A DNA stretch of 64,000 nucleotides from Clostridia bacterium. GTDB taxonomy: Bacteria; Bacillota; DSM-521; Neomoorellales; JACIYF01. This document shows, one piece after another, positions 52,292 through 60,240 of the stretch. Made by a program: the position numbers and the translations under genes. The DNA lies in NCBI GenBank assembly GCA_014360065.1, contig JACIYF010000003.1, positions 1,567-65,566 of the forward strand. The letters run 5' to 3'. The number at the start of each line of letters is the position of its first letter. The first letter of the stretch is position 1. The notes beneath the pieces were generated by a model. The model was not told the origin of the DNA and made no database searches. It saw only the letters and a program-made list of their open reading frames with translations.

Positions 52292-53881
52292 TCACACTGC
52301 TGCATCCCTTGGCTGGTGTCGGCGGCGGAACTCAGTAGGGGCCATCCCATGGGCTTTGCGAAATACCCGGGCAAAGTAATTGGCATCGTCATAGCCCACC
52401 TGACGAGCAATTTCATAGATGGGAGCATCAGTATTAAGGAGGAGATCAATGGCTTTTTTCAAGCGTACCCGTTCAAGATACGCCTTAAAACTGGTTCCAG
52501 TTTGCTTGCGGAAAAGGGTACTGAAGTACGACGGGCTCAGACAAACAGTGCGGGCTACTTCCTTTAGCGTAATGCTGCGGCCCAGATGCTTTTGTACGTA
52601 TGCCTCAGCTTCAGCAACCATTTGCTCCGCGTGACTCATTCCCGTTTGGCTTGCCAGGACAAGAAGAGCAGTGATGGTTTGTCGCATCCATTCCCTCAGG
52701 CTTGTTTCTCCTACAACTTTCGCTAACCAGCGCAGCTGCCGACAGCTCAAATGGAGCACCTCCCTGGGGTCGACCATACGGCTCAAGGTAGCCCGCGAGG
52801 CTATGGCCAGGATCTCCGCTGCCCTTGCCTGCCTTTCGCCAACGTAGGGGGAGTTGTGGATAACCTCATCTAGAAGCTGCAGGGCCAGATGGATTGCCTG
52901 GTCAGGCCTGCCCAGCCGGATGGCAACGGCAAGCTCTTCCTCCTTTTCCCACGGGTAAACCCAGTTGGAGGGGCCAGCTGCCTTGATGCTACTGAAGCTC
53001 AGCCACGGCTCCCGGAGGCGATTCCGGGTAGCCTTGAGGAACTCCAGGGCCTGGAGGGCCTCAGCATACGAGACGGTTAAAGAAGAAGGATCCGGTACGG
53101 GCCTGCCGATGCCGATCAAGGTGGTGGTACCGCACCTTTCCAGGAGGCCTGAATACATCCGTTCCCCAAGCTCTGCCACCCTTTCAGGCGACGGCTCCTC
53201 AGCAGAAGAAGAAAGGAGCAGTACCAGCCTGCCATCCACGGCAGCTCCAAAGGCGCCCCACGGCCAGGCTAGATCCTTGGCGGTATCGATCCACTCCCGC
53301 CAGTCTGCTCTGCCGTCTTGGGACTCTATAACTAGGCAGACGTGATGCAATTGGCAAGACTGGGAATTGCTTCTATGGGACGGTTTAGCTGAGGGATCGG
53401 CCTGACTTCCGGTCCCCTGGGGAATCAGTGCATGGACTAGGTACTGCTCAAGCAGTTGGCAGGTAGACTTAAGGTTGGCAGCAGCACTTCTTTGTGCTTC
53501 GCTAGCGGCAAGGGAATCGATGCAACGTTGGAGGGCCTGGTGGAGCTGTTCGTCTTCTACCGGCTTGACCAGGTAATCAAAGGCTCCATGCCGCAGCGCT
53601 TCTTGGGCATAGTCGAAACGGTCATAAGCAGTCAAGATTACCAGCCGAGCTTCTGGAGAGACTTCTTGCAGTTGCTCCATAATCTCTAGGCCGCTCGGGC
53701 CCGGCATACGAATATCCAAGAAAACGAGATTATGCCTGTGTTTAGCGGCTGCAGCCAGTGCCTCCCTCGCGTTGGCCGCTTCATCTATGCGTTCCCAATT
53801 CACTCCTGACTCGCTCAGCATGAGAGCAAGGCCCTGGCGCACCACTGGCTCGTCATCAACGATCAGTGCTCTAAGCTGCAT
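52292..53881 (-). CDS. Response regulator with REC domain, long linker domain and AraC-type HTH (YesN-like)
   Basis: LIVDDEP...FLDIRMPG..G..., the AraC signature YFSTLFRKQTG.SFKAYL...R..KA..LL and IA..VGYDD..YF.R.F are present. It overlaps the kinase gene by 19 nt. Confidence 0.85.
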   Translation of the reverse strand: MQLRALIVDDEPVVRQGLALMLSESGVNWERIDEAANAREALAAAAKHRHNLVFLDIRMPGPSGLEIMEQLQEVSPEARLVILTAYDRFDYAQEALRHGAFDYLVKPVEDEQLHQALQRCIDSLAASEAQRSAAANLKSTCQLLEQYLVHALIPQGTGSQADPSAKPSHRSNSQSCQLHHVCLVIESQDGRADWREWIDTAKDLAWPWGAFGAAVDGRLVLLLSSSAEEPSPERVAELGERMYSGLLERCGTTTLIGIGRPVPDPSSLTVSYAEALQALEFLKATRNRLREPWLSFSSIKAAGPSNWVYPWEKEEELAVAIRLGRPDQAIHLALQLLDEVIHNSPYVGERQARAAEILAIASRATLSRMVDPREVLHLSCRQLRWLAKVVGETSLREWMRQTITALLVLASQTGMSHAEQMVAEAEAYVQKHLGRSITLKEVARTVCLSPSYFSTLFRKQTGTSFKAYLERVRLKKAIDLLLNTDAPIYEIARQVGYDDANYFARVFRKAHGMAPTEFRRRHQPRDAAV

Positions 53882-55089
53882 CCCTTCACTTCCCCCATGC
53901 TGTCAATATAGGGCAGAAAAAGACGGACTTCAGTGCCGTTGCCGGGGGAGCTCTGCAAGGTAAGGTCGCCCTGTTGGTCAAACATCAGCCGGTACCGGTG
54001 GTACACGTTGAGGAGGCCAGAGCTGGTACCATTAAGCGACCGCTTCATGGCACGCCGGATGGCCAGCACCTTCTCCCGGCCCATGCCTACCCCATTGTCT
54101 CGTACGCTGAGGCACACTCTCCCGCTCTTATCCAGGCAGCCACTGATCCATATGGTTCCGCCCGACTCCAGCGGCTCGATGCCATGGACCAGGGCGTTTT
54201 CCACTAGAGGCTGTAGTGACAGCGGCAAGATGAGTACCCGCAATAGGTGCTCGGGCACCTCCTTGGCTATGTGGAGGCGGTCACCGAAGCGCACCTTCTG
54301 GATGGAGAGGTAGCTGTCCACCAGCTCCAGCTCTTGGGCCAGCGGGATCAGGGGATCCTTGGGCCGGAATGTCAGCTTCAGAAGCCGTGCCAGCATCTGG
54401 GTCACCTGTCGGGTCTGGGGAGCGTTCTCGATCAGGGCCAGCATGGCGACTGTGTTGAGGGCATTGAATAGGAAGTGGGGGTTGATCCGGGCTTGCAGGG
54501 CTTTCAGTTCAGCCTCCCGGCGGAACTTTTCCGCCTCGGCCCGCTCTCTGGCAGAGACCGTAATAGCTACTTTGACAAAACAATTGCTAAGAGCGTCGAG
54601 TATTTCGCCAGTGACTCGGAGCCGCTCGTGATTCCAGACGGGTAGCTCGCAGAAGGCTCTTAATAGTTCATTGCTATCGACGCCTATCTCTCTGGCAAGA
54701 CAGGAGATGGTCTCCAGCTGCTTCTCTGTTGGCTTCTCGGCTACGATCTCGCCGCACACCAGGGCTCCGATGCATTTGCCTTCGACGGCTATGGGCACTG
54801 TGATCCGCCTCGCCTGAGCATGGCAGTGGCTATAACGGGCGCTCATGTCGGCGGAGCACTCGACAATTGCCTGCCTGGCCGATGCCTTGCAGCGCTCTCG
54901 TCCCGCCGGAGTGCTGCGAACCAGTTGGCAGAACCGGCATGGCTGCTTAGTATCGGGAGTGAGGATGTATTCCCCGTCGAGATCGACAAACTTTAACCAT
55001 AGGTCGAAGAACTCTCCTATGGCGTCCACCAGGGGCTGGAGGATTCTGATTGGCACTGCCAAGGGGTTAGACTGCGCCTTCTTGGCCAT
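53863..55089 (-). CDS. Soluble sensor histidine kinase: N-terminal PocR-type sensory domain plus LytS/YesM-type His_kinase and HATPase
   Basis: No TM segment is apparent. The Cys-rich PocR-like core is CRFCQLVRS...RC...SHCHAQ...VPI..EGKCIGALVCGE. INPHFLFNALN (His_kinase) and LVENALVHG...DNGVGM (HATPase) follow. Confidence 0.8.
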   Translation of the reverse strand: MAKKAQSNPLAVPIRILQPLVDAIGEFFDLWLKFVDLDGEYILTPDTKQPCRFCQLVRSTPAGRERCKASARQAIVECSADMSARYSHCHAQARRITVPIAVEGKCIGALVCGEIVAEKPTEKQLETISCLAREIGVDSNELLRAFCELPVWNHERLRVTGEILDALSNCFVKVAITVSARERAEAEKFRREAELKALQARINPHFLFNALNTVAMLALIENAPQTRQVTQMLARLLKLTFRPKDPLIPLAQELELVDSYLSIQKVRFGDRLHIAKEVPEHLLRVLILPLSLQPLVENALVHGIEPLESGGTIWISGCLDKSGRVCLSVRDNGVGMGREKVLAIRRAMKRSLNGTSSGLLNVYHRYRLMFDQQGDLTLQSSPGNGTEVRLFLPYIDSMGEVKGCSLEH

Positions 55090-55522
55090 ATTGGCTGCCT
55101 CCGTGCTCCATCCTATCTATCAAAATCCGTTTTCTAGATATTCGCTCTTTTGTTGGTTTATCCTGCCGGCTGCGCTTCTAACTGGGCCCGTTAAGCCAGA
55201 AACTTAAGCCTTCGGAAACGTAGCCTTGTGCCTACACTGGGTTCGGGGTTCAGCTGGAAACTTTTTTGATTAATGAAGACAAATTTTCGGTGCTAGTTAT
55301 CTTGTGCTATTGCTTATAAGTAATAATTACTATTTTTTTTAGGAAATCACAAACGAATCAAGGTTAGCAATATGAAAATTCAGAGGTTAGAGGCCGACGG
55401 GGAGAGAATAAGCTCCGAGGATCCGTTGGGAGGGCCTAGGGCCGCTCGCCAGTTTGGATAAGCTATCACCTGGCAGGCCAAGCCCACTTTTACGAACCAC
55501 AATTAAGAAAGGGGGTATAAAG

Positions 55523-56005
55523 GTGGCCAAGTTAACGGAAGAAATGAAAACTGTTCTCAAGGTGGTAGGCAAGGGTGGAGCGGTGGTACATCTTACCACG
55601 TGCAGCGCTGACGGGGAGCCGAACATAGTCGGCGAGCGATTTGTTACTCACTACAAGGATGAATATATCCTCATCGCCGAGATGTACGCTCAGAAGACCA
55701 AGGTGAACCTGAACGAAAACCCGGTGGGATGCATCTCTATTGCCAACCCGGTGCGCGGCCACACGTGGGTATTCCGGGGTCCCTGCACCATCATCCGCCA
55801 CGATGCGCCCGACAACTACCAGTGGTACGGAATCAAGGCTGGCGAGGTGCTCGAAGAGTGGGGCAACTGGGCGGAGAAAGAACCGCCCGACGAGGTGCCG
55901 CCGGATATCAGGCCTCCCAAGCTGGTGCAGCGGGGCCTGATTGCGCTCAAGGTGGACGAGGTGTACAGCTGGGCGCCCGAAGAGGCGGGACGCAAGATCC
56001 TTTAG
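55523..56005 (+). CDS. PNPOx-like split-barrel flavoprotein with a Pro/Glu-rich C-terminal extension
   Basis: AAAGGGGGT lies 6 nt before GTG 55523. ...HLTTCSADGEPNIVGERF...YILIAEMYAQKTKVNL..NP and a C-terminal EKEPPDEVPPDIRPPK are present. Confidence 0.55.
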   Translation: MAKLTEEMKTVLKVVGKGGAVVHLTTCSADGEPNIVGERFVTHYKDEYILIAEMYAQKTKVNLNENPVGCISIANPVRGHTWVFRGPCTIIRHDAPDNYQWYGIKAGEVLEEWGNWAEKEPPDEVPPDIRPPKLVQRGLIALKVDEVYSWAPEEAGRKIL

Positions 56006-56020
56006 GCAGGAGGGGTGAGA

Positions 56021-56434
56021 ATGGCTGTGCCATTGACGCCGCGGATGAAGGATTGGCTAGAAACGTTGGGAGCACACATTGCCACTGCGACTAGGTCAGG
56101 CTTTCCCACGGTAACGGTAGTTGACCGGGCAATTGTGGACGGGGGGAAGGTTACATTTATCCTTTCCAGCGCTCAGGCGGAGCAGATCAGGGGTAACCTG
56201 GAAGAGAACCCTCGGGTCGCCATCGGTCCTGGCGGTCTAGGCGTGGTTCGTGCTCCGTACCAGTTTAAAGGCAATGGGCACCTGGAGGGCGACCGGCTGG
56301 TGGTCGAGGTTGACAAGATCTACTGCACCCGTCCTGGCCCGGAGGCAGGGCTACGGCTGGATGTACTGGGATACGAGAAGATGCGAGAGTTTGATGAGAG
56401 CCGCTGGACCGATATGGCTCCGAAGCCAAATTGA
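56021..56434 (+). CDS. PNPOx-like split-barrel flavoprotein
   Basis: GGAGGGGTGAG lies before ATG 56021. ...HIATATRSGFPTVTVVD...AEQIRGNLEENPRVAI is present. It begins 15 nt after the preceding gene. Confidence 0.55.
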   Translation: MAVPLTPRMKDWLETLGAHIATATRSGFPTVTVVDRAIVDGGKVTFILSSAQAEQIRGNLEENPRVAIGPGGLGVVRAPYQFKGNGHLEGDRLVVEVDKIYCTRPGPEAGLRLDVLGYEKMREFDESRWTDMAPKPN

Positions 56435-56510
56435 GAATGGAAGCTACCGAGACGAGAATAGAGCCCATGAGGCCACCTACCCCGATCGGTCGTAGAAAGG
56501 AAGGCTTAGA

Positions 56511-58283
56511 ATGGAACGTGAGATATTAGCTGCTTTACATGCAGCGACTGCCCAGCCCGACTACCTGACCACGGAGAAATTTGATGCCATTCTTGGAGGG
56601 TTTGGGGTCTTCAACCTCGGGATCTGGGCAGCAGCCAACGTTATCGCTAAGGAGAAGCAGAAAGGGAAAAAGATCAACGTAACCGTCAGCAATGAAAAGA
56701 CTACAGATATCGATGAAGTAGCCCGTAAGGCAGTCAAGGTGCTCATGGATTGCGGGGCTGACGCTTCCAACGCGTCGCTGGCGGCGGCAACCCTTCTCTA
56801 CTGGGCGGGAAGCAGCACCACTGCTGGCATACCTGCGCCCAACCGGAAATTGGGGGCGGTATGCCGCATGGCAGCTGGGGCGCCGGCAGGTAGGGTGGCC
56901 AACATTCCCACCGAGAAGCTCAATAACAAGATCTCAGGTTTTGCTGCCGTCCAGGCTATGTACCAGGCCATGCAGGGTCAAATCCTTGCTCCTTGGAGCG
57001 GGGACCTAACGCCGCTGGGAGTTGCAGGCAGTCCGGTCACCGGTCATACCCGGGTGGGGGAGGACCTGCTGTTTCCGGAGTTGGCCCAAAAGCTGGTACC
57101 GATTGGCGTGGAGGCAATGCTTCAGGCTTACCGGTCGGTAGGCATCAAACCGTGTCGCTGGATGGCCAGCCTATTGGCCTCCGCGGCTGCCTTGGAAATC
57201 CTGCACCCCGATGCTTACGTGGGCGAAGAATGGGGTCCCTTCCTGCAGACTCGTACTCCTTACGTTTGTGGTTTGGCAGCGGTGAAGGCAGCCAAGATGC
57301 CTGAGAAGATCCATATCCGCGGCACCGGGGAAGAGCTAGAGACTGCCAAAGTAGTTGGCGACCTAGCCATGATCCTCAAGGATTGCGGAGCTCCCACGGT
57401 GGTGGGCATGATCATGTTCAATGAGATCAACGCCCTGATCGCCGAAGGTGCCATCCTAGGTGTGGGCAGAAGCGGCGGACCCTTGCTCTTGCCGCTGACC
57501 CACTGGTGTACGTCGGCGTCGCTGTCGCTCTATCTACTTAGTAAGGGAATGGCGGAAGAGGAGGTGGCGGATGTCATTTCCCGAACCATGGATGCCTACT
57601 TCCAGCCTGAGCACGCGGCAGTAGCCACCAACCTACTAGCTCGGCGGGCAAACTTCATCGAGAGGGGCCCGGTAACCAGAGCGGTGATAATGGCCACGGA
57701 GCCTTCCCTAATCCAGTCGGTTCTTAAGCGGGCGCGGTATGCGTACGAGGGGCTGAGGGCGGGTAAGACCCTGACCGAAGTCACCCAGGAATTGGAACTC
57801 CAACGCATTGAAGATATCGGCTCCGGTACGGCCAGGATTTTCTCCCAAGTCCTGGGGCGCAACATAGAGTATGTTCGCTTCCTCAATGTCCGGCCCGGGT
57901 CAGGCAGGCGTACTCATAAGTTTGCCAAGAGGTACTTCGCCTTTGACGGTTATGTGGATGTGGAGCTGAAAGTGGACGGAAAGGTCTACCGCTTCGAGAA
58001 TATTTATGCAGAGACCATTCCCAACGCTCTTTTAAACCAAGATGCAGAAACCCTGGATCTGGTCCAGTGTTTCGCTGCTGGCGCTGTTGACCTTCTCAAC
58101 GCTGGTGCTGTAGCCATGGATGTGGTGGTGCCGGCTTGCGTAGCGGCAGCTATGGGCATGAACCCGGAGGAAGCTGTACAGCAGGCATCCGAAGGTGCTA
58201 CCATCAGCATGAGTATTCCGGTTCCAACCATTACCGAGTCGGCGACCCTGGCAAGCCGGATAGCCCGAGGGTTGCAGGACTAG
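56511..58283 (+). CDS. 590-aa Ala/Gly-rich soluble protein, no family recognised (core of the PocR-TCS-associated operon)
   Basis: The ORF is long and clean, with GAAAGGAAGG upstream of ATG 56511. There are 8 scattered Cys but no CxxC cluster. I recognise no Rossmann, P-loop or radical-SAM motif. Confidence 0.7.
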   Translation: MEREILAALHAATAQPDYLTTEKFDAILGGFGVFNLGIWAAANVIAKEKQKGKKINVTVSNEKTTDIDEVARKAVKVLMDCGADASNASLAAATLLYWAGSSTTAGIPAPNRKLGAVCRMAAGAPAGRVANIPTEKLNNKISGFAAVQAMYQAMQGQILAPWSGDLTPLGVAGSPVTGHTRVGEDLLFPELAQKLVPIGVEAMLQAYRSVGIKPCRWMASLLASAAALEILHPDAYVGEEWGPFLQTRTPYVCGLAAVKAAKMPEKIHIRGTGEELETAKVVGDLAMILKDCGAPTVVGMIMFNEINALIAEGAILGVGRSGGPLLLPLTHWCTSASLSLYLLSKGMAEEEVADVISRTMDAYFQPEHAAVATNLLARRANFIERGPVTRAVIMATEPSLIQSVLKRARYAYEGLRAGKTLTEVTQELELQRIEDIGSGTARIFSQVLGRNIEYVRFLNVRPGSGRRTHKFAKRYFAFDGYVDVELKVDGKVYRFENIYAETIPNALLNQDAETLDLVQCFAAGAVDLLNAGAVAMDVVVPACVAAAMGMNPEEAVQQASEGATISMSIPVPTITESATLASRIARGLQD

Positions 58284-58326
58284 GCCGGAACTCCGATTTA
58301 ACACGCCGAAGGGGCGGGATGGTCAG

Positions 58327-58623
58327 GTGGCAAACACCGGTAATGGTAGCGGCGGGCGAAAGCTGCCTAAAAAGATGCCCTGGGTCATACCTTCACAGTG
58401 TGAGGGGTGTGGCGACTGCGTCAACCGCTGCCAGCGCAAGGGTCTGGTGATGTTGGAAACTAATGTTGCTGGGGTATACGTGCCGTGGCTTCTGGAGCCG
58501 GACCTGTGCTCCGGCTGCGGTCGGTGTGCCAGCGGCTGCGTCGTGGGCGGCATTGTCATGACCGAGTACGTAGAGCAGGCTAGGCGGCGCTTTCTGGAGA
58601 CACGACCGCGGATTGCTGTTTAG
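58327..58623 (+). CDS. Small 2x[4Fe-4S] ferredoxin-like protein
   Basis: CEGCGDCVNRC and CSGCGRCASGC motifs are separated by about 30 aa. The start is uncertain (GTG 58327 or ATG 58375). Confidence 0.65.
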   Translation: MANTGNGSGGRKLPKKMPWVIPSQCEGCGDCVNRCQRKGLVMLETNVAGVYVPWLLEPDLCSGCGRCASGCVVGGIVMTEYVEQARRRFLETRPRIAV

Positions 58624-58684
58624 GGCTGGGCCTTAAGTTACAGATAACGGCGGAGGGAAACGAAAAGAAGGAGTAGATCTAGGT

Positions 58685-59140
58685 GTGCGTGAGGTAAGCC
58701 TGCGGGAGCTGGTAAACTATGTCAGGGTAGCTGGAGGCTATGCCGGTTACACCGACGCTGAGCGGGCAGTTAGATCCGTGCTGGGAGGAGTTTTGAGGGT
58801 TACGGAGCCTAGCGAGCGGACGGCGCTTGTGACTATCCTTCCTGCCGATTTAAGGGAGTTGTGGCAGGGGCCTGGTAACCCCGCCACCGACCGGACCAAA
58901 GAGTCTGCAAACGGTGAGGCTCGGGATAGCGAAGCTCTGCTACAAGCTGTCTGCCACCAGGCCAGGTATAGCGAGGGGTCCGAGGCACGACGGGCAATTC
59001 TGGCTGTATTCGGAGCACTGAAGGAGAAGCTCCAGGAGCGTACTGCCGCCTGGGCCGACAAGCTGCCGCAGGCGGCCCGCCCCTTTTGGGAGCGGGCCCA
59101 TACCATCGATGAACGGCAGGACGCCTACCAGTGCCTCTGA
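58685..59140 (+). CDS. DUF2267-family protein (two repeats)
   Basis: The pattern (Y..V...GG......AERA.R.VL..L...........LP..LR..W) appears twice. It uses a GTG start after GAAGGAG. Confidence 0.5.
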   Translation: MREVSLRELVNYVRVAGGYAGYTDAERAVRSVLGGVLRVTEPSERTALVTILPADLRELWQGPGNPATDRTKESANGEARDSEALLQAVCHQARYSEGSEARRAILAVFGALKEKLQERTAAWADKLPQAARPFWERAHTIDERQDAYQCL

Positions 59141-59181
59141 CGCTGAGGCAGAGGTACCTGGCAGGTACCGGGGGTGGGGAG

Positions 59182-59769
59182 ATGACAGAGTCTTGTCTGC
59201 TTCTGGCCCAGGTAGATGATGTGACCGGCGAGGTGTTGGGCCGGGCAGGAGATGACTTGATGGCGCTTGGCGCTCGCAACGTACAGCTTTTGTCGGGGCT
59301 GAGCAAGAAAGGGCGCCCAGCGTATGTTCTGCTTGTGGATACAACTCAGGAGAAGGTTGTTTCCGTTGGTAGCTACCTGGCTTTGGAACTGGGTGTGTGG
59401 GGCTACCACGTCATACCGACAGAGCACCGGCATATGAGCGTTGCTTTCAGGGAAGTCACGGTGCATCTGCTCGGGAAAAAGGACGAACGCAGACTGTTGT
59501 GCCGAGTAAAAGAGGTCCGGGACGGTGAAAAGCTTGTGGGCCTAAAGGTGGAGCACGACTTTATCTGTCACCTGCAGGAGCGTCTACGGCAGGAAGGAGT
59601 CGAGTGCTCCCTGCGCGCCCTACGGGTGGCGTTGGAGAGCAGGCTATGGGAGGAGGCATCTGCCATAAGGCTAAGCGTCTCCGGCGGCAGACTGATTGTT
59701 AGTTCTGACCGGGACTGCTCTTCTATGCGGGAAGGTCCTGCTGGCCTCGTTGTTGAAGGTTCATATTAG
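59182..59769 (+). CDS. Stand-alone LarC-C-terminal-like (DUF111/LarC2-like) domain protein
   Basis: AQVDDVTGEVLGRAGDDLMALGARNVQLLSGLSKKGRPAYVLLV...LELGVWGYHV...R...VKV...EHDF parallels, from memory, LarC2 (E.NLDD.TGE.LGY....LL.AGA.DV...PI.MKK.RP...L.VL...ETTT.GVR...PEY.DC). Confidence 0.5.
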   Translation: MTESCLLLAQVDDVTGEVLGRAGDDLMALGARNVQLLSGLSKKGRPAYVLLVDTTQEKVVSVGSYLALELGVWGYHVIPTEHRHMSVAFREVTVHLLGKKDERRLLCRVKEVRDGEKLVGLKVEHDFICHLQERLRQEGVECSLRALRVALESRLWEEASAIRLSVSGGRLIVSSDRDCSSMREGPAGLVVEGSY

Positions 59770-59823
59770 GAGCCGACAGGACTACCAGTCCCACCTTAAG
59801 TTGCCGGGCATTTGCCGCATAAG

Positions 59824-60240
59824 CTAGAGCCGAGCAAGGAACTCCGCGGGCGGACAATTGCTATTCTCTGGTATTCCTTAATATCCAGTAGGTGCTCGGC
59901 GCCGCTGACGATGCAGTCCGCGCCCGCCTCCAGCGCAGCAGCAACAAACTTATCGTCATCCGGGTCCGCACTTGCTCCTTTAACCTCAATCTTGCCTGAA
60001 ACTATGGTTGCCAGCCCCGGAGCCCCGCAAGATATTTCCCGGCCAAGGCTTCATCTATGCGCCCGTAGTAGCGCCGCAGTTTCTCCCTTTGGAGCACTTC
60101 AGCCACTTCATCCAGGATAGCTGGGGAGAGAATGAGTTCGAATTGCTTTTGTCGCCAAGCCCTAATTAGCAGGGCAGGCGCTCCCTGGGGACTGATTAAG
60201 CCGAAACCAAAACGTTGGTGTCAAGTACAACTTGCTGAAT
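59824..60240 (-). pseudogene. Decayed PIN-domain (PIN_3-type TA toxin) gene: no start codon, at least 3 frameshifts
   Basis: Fragments lie in three frames: VLDTNVLVSA | LISPQGAPALLIRAWRQKQFELILSPAILDEVAEVLQREKLRRYYG | GKIEVKGASADPDDDKFVAAALEAGADCIVSGAEHLLDIKEYQRIAIVRP | AEFLARL-stop. The N-terminus overlaps the nagA stop codon. Confidence 0.6.

Noticed and set aside
52855-52863. Third perfect DnaA-box match (TGTGGATAA)
   Set aside because: It lies inside the response-regulator coding sequence and is isolated. It is most likely a chance occurrence.
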